DNA of 64,000 bases from Macrostomum hystrix (taxonomy: Eukaryota; Animalia; Platyhelminthes), in NCBI GenBank assembly GCA_950097015.1, contig CATNEN010000007.1:6386001-6450000 (forward strand). Reading direction: 5' to 3'. The first letter of the stretch is position 1. Each line of letters begins with the position of its first letter. Of the stretch, positions 1-12,700 are shown piece after piece. The position numbers were made by a program, and so were the translations under genes. Below the pieces are notes generated by a model that saw nothing but the letters and a program-made list of their open reading frames with translations, did no database searches and was not told where the DNA came from.

Positions 1-129
1 CTTCTATCGGATGTGTGCAGCTTGCAAAGGAGATCCAATAGAAGTTGCTCACTGGCGCGAAGGGTGGCGACTTTTCAATGTTGCTGAGTATAGACCGACG
101 AGCAGAGTTCTTGAGCAGAAACTTCGCCC

Positions 130-300
130 TCCTGTGATAAGATAATATATAATTATTCGAGTGAACTTGTTATTGACCAGAGCATGAAATATTGGTTTGT
201 CTTATCTTAAACCTCAATTAATTAAACTTTATCTATATCTATGATCAGATAATATGTAATTTAGATAAGGCACGCTACCAATGCGATAAGATAAGGGCTA
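130..300. promoter_or_regulatory. Cluster of GATA-type motifs (GATAA/TTATC) upstream of the ATPase beta gene
   Basis: tgataagataat (~136), cttatct (~200), ttatct (~229), agataat (~247), agataag (~263), gataagataag (~286). Confidence 0.35.
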
Positions 301-807
301 ATGAGCTGCTAATTAGCAGTTTTTGGCTGGATCAGGACAGACGGAGTAACTGTACACTCCAGCTCTCACTCCCACCCTCCGCCGGGTGGAGACTTGGAGA
401 GAGTGGACTGGGGTTGAGTCAGTTGCGGGCACGCCACCTTGATTATTGATCGCCCATGGTGGAACGCACAGCAGAGAACGCGAGAGCCACGGAAAGAGAA
501 CGTGAGCTCTCACTTTACCAGCGGCCTCTCTTCCACCCCCTGACATTCCTTGCCTCCGTCACAATGGTGAGGCTGGCGCAGTGGGGTGGGTGCGCGGATT
601 TCTCTTACCCTGCCTTTCATTCCGGCCGCCCCAACCCAGACCAGTCATTTCAATTCCTAGCCAGCGAGCGCGCCAGTTTAAAATCTCTCTTCCGCCTTCT
701 TTTTCCTTATTGCTTCGCAAAGAGCAAACAAAACTTTCTTCAATAAACCTTCCCAGCGTTAGCAGCGTTCTAGCTTCACCTGCGTCGGGGCATACGTAGG
801 CCAAACG

Positions 808-1935
808 ATGGCGGAAAAGTACTATCAGAACTCGCTTTACTCGTCGACTAAACCGAAGGACAACAATGGCAGTGGCCAGCCGCAGTACGAGGACGCAGCA
901 TCCTTCCACCAGCAGCAGCCGGGCCGCACCCGCAGTGTCATCTCGGCCCGCACAGGCGCCAGCGCGTACAGCCAGGTGACGAAAAAGTCCAGCGAATTCT
1001 TTCGCACGGACGTCGGCAGCTTAGAACGCAAAGTGCCGCTGGGCCAGCGCATCTCCAAGTTCATCTGGAACCCGGATGATCGCACCTTCCTTGAGCGCGA
1101 CGGCCTCGCCTGGGCCAGGCTCATTGTTTTCTACATCGCATTCTACGCCTTCATCGCCCTGATCTGGATGGCCTGCTTCGCGCTGTTCGACTTCGCGGTG
1201 CTGAATGAGGACCGGCCGGTGCTGTCCGGAGAGCAGAACGTGCTGCGCCTGAACCCCAGTCTGAGCTACATTCCGCAGCCCGACTACTACACCAGCCTTA
1301 TTCGCTACCGCAACAGCCGCTTCTCCAGCGCCAGAAAATACATTGACGACCTCGTGGCGTTCACGCAGTGGTACGAGGACTACGCACTGCAGGGCAAAAG
1401 TTTTGTCACCGAAACCACCAAAGACTGCGCCGCCGATGGCAAGAATACAGACCCGGTCAACACCGTCTGCCGCTTCAACCTGGACGTTGGCCGGCGCTGC
1501 AACGCCTACGTCAACTTCGGCTTCGTCGACGGCGATCCGTGCATCGCGCTGAAGCTCAACCGCGTCTACGGCTGGGTGCCGGACCCAGTGGACGAAGGAA
1601 CCTCCACGAACGCGTCAAGCACTGGCGTGCTGGTAAAGTGCCAGGGCAGAACGCCGACGGACCGGGACTTCATCAAGCAGATCTGCTATCACTACACCAG
1701 CAACGGCTGGGACGGCTCTGACGGCTACTGCAAGGAGGGCTACGGCGTCTTCGAGCAGTATTACTTCCCCTACCTGAGGCAGCTGCGCTACATGTCTCCG
1801 CTGGTGTTTGTCGAGTTTAGGGGCATCACCCGCAATGTGGTCACCATGATCGAGTGCTGGGCCGAGGCCAAGAACATCAAACTCGACCGCACCTACCGCA
1901 TCGGAATGGTCCAGTTTGAGATTCTCATCGACTGA
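808..1935 (+). CDS. Na+/K+-ATPase beta subunit (nervana/ATP1B family), single coding exon, 375 aa
   Basis: FIWNP..RTFLERDGLAWARLIVFYIAFYAF N-terminal/TM signature, NFGF.DGDPCIALKLNRVYGWVP, YYFPY...YMSPLVFVEF, IECWAEAKNI and terminal G.VQFEILID. Confidence 0.93.
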   Translation: MAEKYYQNSLYSSTKPKDNNGSGQPQYEDAASFHQQQPGRTRSVISARTGASAYSQVTKKSSEFFRTDVGSLERKVPLGQRISKFIWNPDDRTFLERDGLAWARLIVFYIAFYAFIALIWMACFALFDFAVLNEDRPVLSGEQNVLRLNPSLSYIPQPDYYTSLIRYRNSRFSSARKYIDDLVAFTQWYEDYALQGKSFVTETTKDCAADGKNTDPVNTVCRFNLDVGRRCNAYVNFGFVDGDPCIALKLNRVYGWVPDPVDEGTSTNASSTGVLVKCQGRTPTDRDFIKQICYHYTSNGWDGSDGYCKEGYGVFEQYYFPYLRQLRYMSPLVFVEFRGITRNVVTMIECWAEAKNIKLDRTYRIGMVQFEILID

Positions 1936-3317
1936 GTTTCTATTGAGATTTGGCACCTGCATGCTTTTTAGCATTCAGAAATCGGGTCATTCAGTGAGCA
2001 CCGTTCGTGTAAAAATAAGAACCATATGAGAGTTTTTAGTCTTTTTGTACTTTTATTTAGCGAGCTACTTGTTAGCCTTCACCAACACAGTCCAGGCTGT
2101 GGGCTTGGACTCTCATGAACCATTTAACATTCCTTCAGCATTGCTGAATTTCCTGTGTGAATCTTAACCCGCGATGGTTGCTGACCATTTTTATGTGTTT
2201 AAAATGTAATTTGGATAAGTTTCTAATGATGTACATTCCCTTCATGTATTTTATCAGCACGTTGGGCTTTTTGTATCAGATAATGTCCGTGTTTTTATGT
2301 AACCAAATCAGAACCAGCAGCCTCTGCTTATGATAGCTCCGTGGCTAGTGCTGGTTCATTGTGAACTTGCTAATATAAAGAAGGAACAGTACTGCAGTAG
2401 CAAGCTAGGTGAGGCGTTGACAAAATTATTTTCCAGCAAATTTATGCACTGCAATGTAATAATCAATGGAACAGAAAGTAGACAGAAATGAAGGGATGAC
2501 AATAAAATGGCGCCAGCGGTGTCGTTTCACGAACCAGAATGAAATTTCACGTCTAATTTTTTGCATCCAGCTTTGATCAGTGAGATATGTATCAATGATT
2601 TCGGTTTCATGAAAGCGATCATCGTTTAAATCCTACTTCTTACGAGGAGCATCATAAAATTTTCGGAATTCGTTAATAACAGTGAAACAGCGACACAGCA
2701 TAAAAACACGTATAGTCCTGCGAAGGTAACATTCATTGAATTTGAGCACAAAGTCCGCCAAACAGAACTCTGCCATCCTGGCTCATGTGACTACGTTTCT
2801 GTCTCATCGATGGCGATGGCGTCAACTGCTAATCATCCGGTGCGGAACCCAATTTCTAGCCACCTTTCGGGGCTGCTGATCCTCTTGGAGATTTAGATGA
2901 ACTCTGAATGCCATGGAATTCCAGTCAGCGCAGCAAGCCATCACAGGAGGGACGAAGAAGGACACTTCGTTTATTGGAAACTGTATTGAAGGCTGATTTT
3001 CACAGAAAAATGTACTAGCGAGATAGGAACTTCTGATTTCTTCACATTTAAATGTTAATAACTTTTTTATCATGAAGCACAATAGCTAGTCAAAGCTATC
3101 AGGGGACTAACTCAATTTTAGTCCCTCTCTAATCTGGTATAAGTACATTACGAGCATTACTTAGAATTTTTAAATATAAAAATCCGTAGGCCAAGCTATA
3201 GGCTAATTTTATGTCGGACAATGTTGCTATTGTGATTCATGATAAATAGACGAAAATGTATGAATGAATTAAGCTTTCTAAAATTCGTTGAAGCAACAGG
3301 TTTTTCAAGATATATCT

Positions 3318-3412
3318 TGTGAGTGCGTGTCTGCGTACAGTATCTGTGTGCGTGCGTGCTCAGGAGTCAGCGAGATGAGCAGAATTGCTGCCTGGCTGGC
3401 TGCGGGTCCACC
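3318..3412 (+). mobile_element. 3' fragment of SINE family 2
   Basis: gtgagtgcgtgtctgcgtacagtatctgtgtg...tgctcaggagtcagcga...gctgcgggtc matches the reverse complement of 24428-24500. Confidence 0.75.
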
Positions 3413-4149
3413 TAGTGATAAAGCCATCACAAGTCCAAGGCTTAGCGATTTCCAGCAGTCCCTGAACCAGCTGCATTGTCCGTTCTTGTTTCTCAATTGG
3501 CTGGCCTGGTGTTCCATTCTCCACAGCGAAACCTGCTGCACCATCCATACACCACTGACTGGGATTCCAACAAAGTAATTCGAATGAAGTCGCGTCTGCC
3601 TCAGAGTTTTATCTCCAGGTAAGTAAACTTTCTCAACTATGCCGACTTGAAAAATAGCAAAAAAGAAAAGTTTACCGGTGTCAAATTCTATTTTTTATGA
3701 AACAAAATGCAGTAAAACAATTCAAGCTAGAAATTAGCGGCCTTGAGCTAGAACGCACACAAACGGATGTTGGAAAACTTATTAGCATAGTTTCTGACTA
3801 ACAATTTTCTTCTTAAACAGCGGTCACGATTAGGCAAACAAATGTGTTGTTTATTAAGTAGAAAACTCGAAGGGTAACCATTAACTATCAAATAAGATAA
3901 CAGCTATGTTAAAGTAGGCATCATAATAAGGAAAAGCGCAAACATCAGCTGGGTGAGGATGACCACGTCATTTTATGAAGAGGAACGCAGTGAGGAAAAT
4001 AGTACCTACTTTATTTCTATACGAGTTGATGTTATCTTCAAGCTGGTGCTCCAGAATATTGTTTCAGCCAATGAATGAAATCCTTAAATAGTCCCAGATC
4101 CCCATGTTGCTTGCCACGGAATCACAATAAACTGCCAAATGCAGGTGTC

Positions 4150-7100
4150 TTAGAACAGGTTGATTGTGAAGCTCCGACCGCACGGATTGTGAATCGGCAG
4201 CACCATCGGTGAGAGCAGGGTCCACTCGTACCAGACGGCCGTGGCTGACACCACGCGCCACATCGCTAGCGTGATAGCGTCGCCACGCTTCACAGGCACC
4301 GGATGGTGCAGCGGAAAGACCAACGGGAACCACGAGAACAGGTCGGGGCTGTGGTCCTCCGGCAGGATGCTCATTGAGACGTCGCCATAGAGGCGGCTGT
4401 CGAAATAGCCGGCGAATCCGTGCAGCAGGCCTGTACGATCGGAGCGGAAGGTCAGCTCAACATGGCGCTCATTGCTGACGGGTCCCACATCCGGCTCGGC
4501 CGGGTGACGAAAGGTGAATGCTGGCTGGGGCGGAGCCAGCAGTTCGCTGTTGACCAGGTTAACAACGTAGGGCGTCTCCAGGAAGGTGTAGTGAGGCTTC
4601 TCCGGATCGCGTTGGCGAGTCACTTCTCTGTGCGATTTTAGCGCGCATTCGATTCTGAACTTCCTATTCTAAAACAGTATTACCGCATAGCGAAGCCAGA
4701 GCTCACCTGTATACTGCTGAGCTGTGCATTGGAGCCAAGTAGGAAGTGTAGGACATGGGAATAGAGACGCCGCCCTTTGCCAAACAATGCATCGCTCCAT
4801 CCAGGCACTCCGGACTAAGCTCGTTGTCGCCGAAGGAGCCCAACAGCTCGGAGACGAATATGTCAGCCTGAAGTTGTTTGAGTACAGCTGGTGTGTCGAC
4901 AGAGTAGAGTGAGTACAGCAGTGTAGAGTATAGTAGAGTGAGTATAGTGAGTAGTGTGAAGTAGAGTGGAATGAGTAGACTATAGTTGAGTAGAGTACGA
5001 GTAGAGTATTAGACTATTAGTGGAGTAGAGTAAGAGTACGGCAGTGAGTAGAGTAGAGTAGAACCCACGCTACTGAGGGATTGAGTCAAAATGTGAATTT
5101 AGGGTGAAGTAGCCGACAGAAATAACATCTCACTAAACAGAATGAAAATCACCTGCAGATCGGTTGCCTTCAGTCGCCGCATATCAGTTGGCAGCACCAC
5201 GACATTGTCTGGCCATTCTGTCAAAGACCGGTTCAGCAGCGTATTGACAGCGTTACCATTCTTTTCAACGGCGAACACGCGAATTCGGCGGGCGCACTGC
5301 CGGGCCGCGATCAGGCACTCCTGATGGGGGATCGTTTCAAATGATTGTCAATATGGGAGGATATACCAGTACAGGCTACTGAAAGTAGGCCAGTGCGAAT
5401 CTGAATATCTCGATTTACCTGCACAAGCGGTCCTCGGCCAGCGCCGAGCACAGCAATGGTCACCACGCGACTCTCAGCCTCAGAGTCCGGCACCATCGTA
5501 ACCAGGGCTTGGCGCACCGCCTCCCTGTAGGCGCGATACTTGTACGGGTCCATTTCGAATACCTGCGTGGGAGGGTGTTGCAAGTGTTGAGGGCCCACTT
5601 TTTTTCAATTTTTAATACCCACTGCCTACTTCACGATAGCTCTAAAAACCGAATGACCGATTTCGGTGACATTCCACCACTTGGATCTACATTTTCCACC
5701 CTCTACGATAAAATAACTTTTAAAGAGATATTCTGCGATTCAAGGACAGCTAACACTGCTCTATATGAAGCTCTTTTGTGAATCCATATAGGTTCAAAAG
5801 TGAATAAAGTAACAGTATAATTAATACATAGTCAACAACAATAGCCGACATGGTTACATGATGACATTTTGTGAGCAGAAACATTTTGACGATATTGATG
5901 GTGTTTGCCACCAGACGCACCCCAAGGAAAACGGTTGAATATCTCGACTATGCCGATGTTTTGTGATTCTGGAAGTTGTCTCATCGGATATAGCGGAAAA
6001 TGTTAGCACCATGTAATGGATTTTCATGGCGATTGGTTAAATATTTTAGAAGAAACAGAACAGAAGAAATGTGTGGGTATGTGTGTGGGTGTGAATATTT
6101 GAAGTACTCCCGTGGTATTTCTACTGTTAATGAAGAAACACATCAACCAGCTAGATCTGAGCACAGTCAATAAAGTCACCTGATAAGTAGCGGAGTGTAG
6201 ATTATCAGCCAGCGGCTGCAGCGGATCCTGGAGAACATCCTCATAGCCGCGGCCCTGAGAGCTGTACAAGTCGGTGGATCGGCGCTTGTACAGCCAGTTA
6301 ACGTACTGCAGGTAGCACTCCATACCCTTGCTATGGCGGCAGCTGCCAGTGATGATCACCTGCGGTTCCGATCAATGAAACCATTCTAGATATCAGTCTT
6401 TCTATAAGTCAATGTACAACACGTGTGTGTGCTCAGGGGTGAGGGTCACAGAGCCCACTGAAGCCCTGCGAATATGATTATTTGCTATACCTGAAGGCGC
6501 AGTCTGAAGAACTTCAGCAGCAGGAGCTGGTGCGCCTTGGACAGCACAGGGTAGCCGGCCTGGTTAGTAAGAAACAGTGAAGTCGGCAGCACCAGAGCTT
6601 TCACTGGCTCGGCCAGCCAGCGCTGCAGGGCGGCAGGGCCGGGCAGGTCAGGCGTCACTTCGAGCGCCACGGCAAGCTGGGCCAGGATGAGATCGCACAT
6701 TCGGCTCAGCCGGTGCCACCACAGCCACGGATCGTTCTCGTCGACGTCGTCGTTCTCACCTTCGTCGCCGCTGCAGTCGACCTGGCCGCCGATGGGCGAA
6801 TTGGCCATGGGAACTCGCACCCACAGAGCGAAGGGATTCCGCTCGGCCCGGTGGGAGGTGAGCAGAGCTCTGGCCAGATTCGTCACCCGGCCGCCATCGG
6901 GCAGGTCAACAAGACAGGCCGGCAGGCCGATGTGCGCGGCCCAGCTGAGCTCCTGGCGCAGCGCGGCCAGGGAGTCGCGCCGCTCCGTCTCAAAGCTGGA
7001 GTCACAGCGCAACCAGGGCGAGGTCTTGCCGACAACAAAGCGAGACCAGTCCTCGGAGCCGATGGTCAGCTGGTCTGGCCGCGTGGCCGGCAGAATCCGC

Positions 7101-7504
7101 AGCTGGTCCAGCGGCTCGCCGTCGCCAATGCCGATGCTGACACTGTTGCGCGCAACATTTCGAGGATGAAAAAGCGGCAGGCAGACAAACGCGTAGCCCA
7201 TAGCGTTCGCCTCCATTATGCTGGCCCTCTGATCGGAGCAGAACGCCAGATCGATGCCGCACAGAGTTCGGCTGGAGCTGCTGTTGCTGCTTCCGTTTCT
7301 GGAGCTGCTTTTAGCAGCTGCCGAAGCATCCTGGCCGCCTTCGGTACCAGCGTCTGCGCCAGCATTATCTGCGCCAGCATTATCTGCACCAGCATTATCT
7401 GCGCCAGCATTATCTGCGCCAGCACTATCTTTGTGATCGTCATCGAGGACGACTTCGTCGTTGACCATCGGCTCCTCGTCGCCGTTGTTGCAGTGGCCCG
7501 ACAT
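4150..7504 (-). CDS. PRMT5: Protein arginine N-methyltransferase 5. Exons 7504-6491, 6359-6180, 5562-5419, 5320-5153, 4867-4707, 4627-4150 (~714 aa)
   Basis: [20 protein letters not shown]|[75 protein letters not shown]; all introns GT-AG with consistent phase. Confidence 0.96.
4900..5065. repeat. Degenerate (GAGTA)n simple repeat in PRMT5 intron 4
   Basis: Repeated agagta/gagtag units. Confidence 0.8.
5640..5960. repeat. Dispersed intronic repeat, copy 1 (related to 11135-11435)
   Basis: Shared collinear blocks ttccacc..gatc.acattttccac.ct.tacgat, gtgaatcc.tat.gg.tcaa and gttgaatatctcgac. Confidence 0.7.
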
Positions 7505-7614
7505 TTTTGCGACTAAAAAAGCGGGCTGCAATACGGAAAGTAGGGGCCTTACATACTTTGTCATCGCGGTAAAATATGACTCAAGATAAAACTAAGCTGG
7601 ACAAATGAAACATT

Positions 7615-9130
7615 GGGATAGCAGCTGAATGGATAACAGATGCTCACTGAATGACCTGAAGCGGTGATAGCAGATGCTAACTGAATGACCTGAAGCTTGG
7701 ATAGCAGATGCTAACTGAATGACCTGAAGCGGTGATAGCAGATGCTAACTGAATTACCTGAAGCGGTGATAGCAGATGCTAACTGAATTACCTGAAGCGG
7801 TGATAGCAGATGCTAACTGAATTACCTGAAGCTTGGATAGCAGATGCTAAGTGAATGACCTGAAGCTTGGATAGCAGATGCTCACTGAATGACATGAAGC
7901 GGTGATAGCAGATGCTAACTGAATGACATGAAGCGGTGATAGCAGATGCTAACTGAATGACCTGAAGCTTGGAAAGCAGATGCTCACTGAATGACCTGAA
8001 GCTTGGAAAGCAGATGCTCACTGAATGACCTGAAGCGATGATAGCAGATGCTAACTGAATGACCTGAAGCTTGGATAGCAGATGCTCACTGAATGACCTG
8101 AAGCGGTGATAGCAGATGCTAACTGAATTACCTGAAGCGGTGATAGCAGATGCTAACTGAATTACCTGAAGCGGTGATAGCAGATGCTAACTGAATTACC
8201 TGAAGCTTGGATAGCAGATGCTAAGTGAATGACCTGAAGCTTGGATAGCAGATGCTCACTGAATGACATGAAGCGGTGATAGCAGATGCTAACTGAATGA
8301 CATGAAGCGGTGATAGCAGATGCTAACTGAATGACCTGAAGCTTGGAAAGCAGATGCTCACTGAATGACCTGAAGCTTGGAAAGCAGATGCTAACTGAAT
8401 GACATGAAGCTTGGAAAGCAGATGCTCACTGAATGACATGAAGCTTGGATAGCAGATGCTCACTGAATGACCTGAAGCTTGGAAAGCAGATGCTAACTGA
8501 ATGACATGAAGCTTGGAAAGCAGATGCTCACTGAATGACCTGAAGCTTGGATAGCAGATGCTCACTGAATGACCTGAAGCTTGGATAGCAGATGCTCACT
8601 GAATGACCTGAAGCTTGGAAAGCAGATGCTAACTGAATGACATGAAGCTTGGAAAGCAGATGCTCACTGAATGACCTGAAGCTTGGATAGCAGATGCTCA
8701 CTGAATGACCTGAAGCTTGGATAGCAGATGCTCACTGAATGACATGAAGCTTGGATAGCAGATGCTCACTGAATGACCTGAAGCTTGGATAGCAGATGCT
8801 CACTGAATGACATGAAGCGGTGATAGCAGATGCTAACTGAATGACCTGAAGCTTGGAAAGCAGATGCTAACTGAGTGACCTGAAGCGGTGAAAGCAGATG
8901 CTAACTGAATGACCTGAAGCGGTGATAGCAGATGCTAACTGAATGACCTGAAGCGGTGATAGCAGATGCTAACTGAATGACCTGAAGCGGTGATAGCAGA
9001 TGCTAACTGAATGACCTGAAGCGGTGATAGCAGATGCTAACTGAATGACCTGAAGCGGTGATAGCAGATGCTAACTGAATGACCTGAAGCGGTGATAGCA
9101 GATGCTAACTGAATGACCTGAAGCGGTGAT
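7615..9130. repeat. 34-bp tandem satellite (~44 copies), GATAGCAGATGCTAACTGAATGACCTGAAGCGGT with a ...GAAGCTTG variant
   Basis: Period read directly (tgaagcgg at 8881 and 8915). Confidence 0.97.
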
Positions 9131-9792
9131 GTACAAATGTATAAAAATCTTTAAATGCATTGCTATAAAAAGAAAGTGTTCATGACATGTTCATATTAAC
9201 TATAAGATTTTGTGGTGATTATGTCATATTTTTCTGCTATCAACACGCATAGCGGAACAATTAGTGTCCCAACTGAGTCAGCAACTGGCAACTGACTAAA
9301 GAACAGAACAGTGAGACCAGAAGCGGATACAGTGAGCAAATCGGTATTTGTGCTTAGCTTTGATCAGCGCAAGCGAAACCATCTCAACACTCAGGCGGGT
9401 AATAGCAAAAAAACTATTAATAATCAAACAACGAAGACGTCATATTTTTTACTAAAAGAAATTTTTTAATCATTATGTCAAGATTTGCTAGGACATGACT
9501 TCGATACAAAAGCTTATTGCACGACAGCAGCAACCGGAAATGTACTTATAAGTGCAGTTGTAGGTGAATCTTCACATACTACTTAGAAACAGTGCTGATG
9601 CAGTTCAAGTAGGCATAGAAGGACATGGTTATGTTTAGTTAATTTGAAACAAATCAGCAAGATAATATTGAGACATTTAGAAATCAAAAGTAGATTGGAC
9701 ACACGCTTGTTCGTTAATTATTAATCTCATATGTTTTCTAAGCCAGTGCGGCAATTGCAGGCCAGCAGAGCAAAATTCTGTTTAGCTTCTTT

Positions 9793-12700
9793 CTAAGACA
9801 TCTCCCGGCTGGGATTCCCACCGAGCGATTCGAACAGCTCAGCGGAGAAGCGGGCCAGGTCCGGGTTATCCGCTAGGCCCGATGTGTCCAGAAACTGCTT
9901 AGAGAGCAGCAGGGCCGCTGTGGAATTTATCAGCGGTAGCACCTTCAGCAGTGGCAGGGTTCGCTCGTGCAGCGAAGCCTCACAGTCCAGGCCCTGTGCG
10001 TTTTGAGGAGATGGGATAACACTCAGACTGATGGGATAACATTCAGGCTGATGGGATAACACTCAGGCTGATGGGATAACACTCAGGCTGATGGGATAAT
10101 ATTCAGGCTGATGGGATAACACTCAGGCTGATGGGATAATATTCAGACTGATGGGATAACACTCAGGCTGATGGGATAATATTCAGACTGATGGGATAAC
10201 ACTCAGGCTGATGGGATAATATTCAGGCTGATGGGATAACACTCAGGCTGATGGGATAACACTCAGGCTGATGGGATAACACTCAGACATTCACAATGTC
10301 ACACAAATGGTATAGCGTCAAACTTTTAAGTGGTGGAGTTTATAATTTCTAATTGAATTTTATAATCTAAAGAATGTTGGCCTTTTGTTATCTGCTAGTT
10401 AATTCAGCTAGAAAAGTAGCTTTTAGGCCCCTGGAAAGCTAGCAGCAATGTCTGCTCTAAGCAAAACTCTTATCGAATCGGACCACAAAGGGACAAGTTA
10501 TGCCTCGAGAAGACGCTGGCCAAAACAACTAGAGATTAACATAGCACAGGCAGAACTGAGCTTTCTACTCATTAATGACTGCCACTTGCCTGGTAATGCG
10601 CGGTGAACACCCGCAGCAGTGCCATGCCGGCTGCGTTGAGCAGCTGTTTGAGCACTCGGCAGCCCTCCGGCGAGCGGAGCCGGGCGTCGGCCTCGGAGCA
10701 GAGCCGCTGAAGAAGCAGCTGGTCTCGCTGAACGCCGCTGCTGCTGGCGTCGGTACCGTGTTGAAGCTGACGCTGCCGATCCATCAGGCTGTCGCGCAGG
10801 CTGGGCAGCAAGCAAGCGGTGGGCGCGATCGACGATGAAGAAGTTGCGGCGGCGGCAGCAGCTGCTGCAGCAGCGGCCGCTTTGTCCTCGAAGCCTACGC
10901 GCAGCCGGTGCAGCAGGGAGTCCAGACGGCGCAGGCCGAACTTGTCCCGCACGTCAAGGCCGGCGCACTCGGCCAGGCAGTGGGCCTCCAGCTGGCTGGC
11001 CAGGTGGGACACGTGCGACCGGGTGTCCAGCAGGCCCAGGAAGCAGACTTTCACCTTGGGATTAAATTGGGATTGAAGACTGCCGTTAACAGAAGAAAGA
11101 GTACGCCATTTTAATTCCTCCTGGGGAAAGAGCACGTGGGAATTTCCACCATGTAGATCAACATTTTCCACTCTTTACGATGAACTAACTTTCCATAAGC
11201 CATAAGCATCGTCAAGATATTCAGCGATTCTTGTCAAAGACCCTGGTGAAAATGACAACTAACATAGCTCCGTATAGACATCTATGGTGAATCCGTATTG
11301 GCTCAATAATATAATAATGAAACATTTTTCCATGCAGCATAAACAACTAAAATATAGCCGAGATGGTAACTTGTGCCTATACTGGTGATTTTTGTCACCC
11401 GACACCCGACGATAATCGTTGAATATCTCGACGAGGTATTTCTACAGTTAAAACCGGAACAACAACAACAGCTGCGAAATGGAATACAAGTTTTAGGTCA
11501 AACTGATACAAACAGCCTGCTCACCTCCTCGCTGATTTCGTGGCGCTGCCTACTTTGATGCTCTGGCTCGTCTCCATCGTCAGCAATTGCAGCTGCTGCG
11601 GCAGCTTCTCTTTTCTGCTGGCACAGCAGGCCGGCCAGCAGGTGCAGCTGCACGTGGGCGCAGAGCAGGGTGCCGCAGGCGGCGTAGACGCTGGCCAGAA
11701 GGCGGGCGAACGCGCGAGCGCGCAACTTGTCACAGAGTTCGGCGCGCCTCTCTGGCGCCGGTTTGGCGCGCAGTTCCGCTGTTATCTGCGGAATTGAAGA
11801 AAGGCTGATAAATGCTGCAGCAAAGCAATATTGACTGCTGTCTGTGCTTACTTAACACCGCCCGCTTCCTCTGGTCCTTTCTCCAATCCTGCTACTTCCT
11901 CTGGTCCTTTCTCCGATCCTGCTACTTCCTCTGGTCCTTTCTCCGATCCTGCTACTTCCTCTGGTCCTTTCTCCGATCCTGCTACTTCCTCTGGTCCTTT
12001 CTCCGATCCTGCTACTTCCTCTGGTCCTTTCTCCGATCCTGCTACTTCCTCTGGTCCTTTCTCCGATCCTGCTACTTCCTCTGGTCCTTTCTCCGATCCT
12101 GCTACTTCCTCTGGTCCTTTCTCCGATCCTGCTACTTCCTCTGGTCCTTTCTCCGATCCTGCTACTTCCTCTGGTCCTTTCTCCGATCCTGCTACTTCCT
12201 CTGGTCCTTTCTCCGATCCTGCTACTTCCTCTGGTCCTTTCTCCGATCCTGCTACTTCCTCTGGTCCTTTCTCCGATCCTGCTACTTCCTCTGGTCCTTT
12301 CTCCGATCCTGCTACTTCCTCTGGTCCTTTTTCCGATCCTGCTACTTCCTCTGGTCCTTTCTCCGATCCTGCTACTTCCTCTGGTCCTTTTTCCGATCCT
12401 GCTACTTCCTCTGGTCCTTTCTCCGATCCTGCTACTTCCTCTGGTCCTTTCTCCGATCCTGCTACTTCCTCTGGTCCTTTCTCCGATCCTGCTACTTCCT
12501 CTGGTCCTTTCTCCGATCCTGCTACTTCCTCTGGTCCTTTCTCCGATCCTGCTACTTCCTCTGGTCCTTTCTCCGATCCTGCTACTTCCTCTGGTCCTTA
12601 ATTTTAGCCAGCTACTTCCTCTAGTCGCTCTGTAAGCAGCTGCGACCTAAACTGTAACAAACTACCAATAAATTATTGTAAATTTCATTTTTTAAAGATA

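Noticed and set aside
2515-2700. Imperfect inverted repeat GTGTCGTTTCAC / GTGAAACAGCGACAC, possible MITE
   Set aside because: Short and gapped, with no TSD and no second copy in the window
7505-7564. Upstream in-frame starts of the PRMT5 and PEX3 ORFs (7564, 13083)
   Set aside because: They lie upstream of acceptor-like signals and add non-conserved residues; the downstream ATGs fit better
7615-9130. CRISPR-like regular 34-bp repeats (also the 30-35-bp arrays elsewhere)
   Set aside because: Head-to-tail units with no unique spacers, no cas genes, eukaryotic context
11812-12624. Long repetitive ORFs in tandem arrays (also 33663-34311, 36001-36431, 37085-38057, 40908-41629, 45304-47633)
   Set aside because: Stop-free frames of satellite units, often in introns of opposite-strand genes; no coding signature
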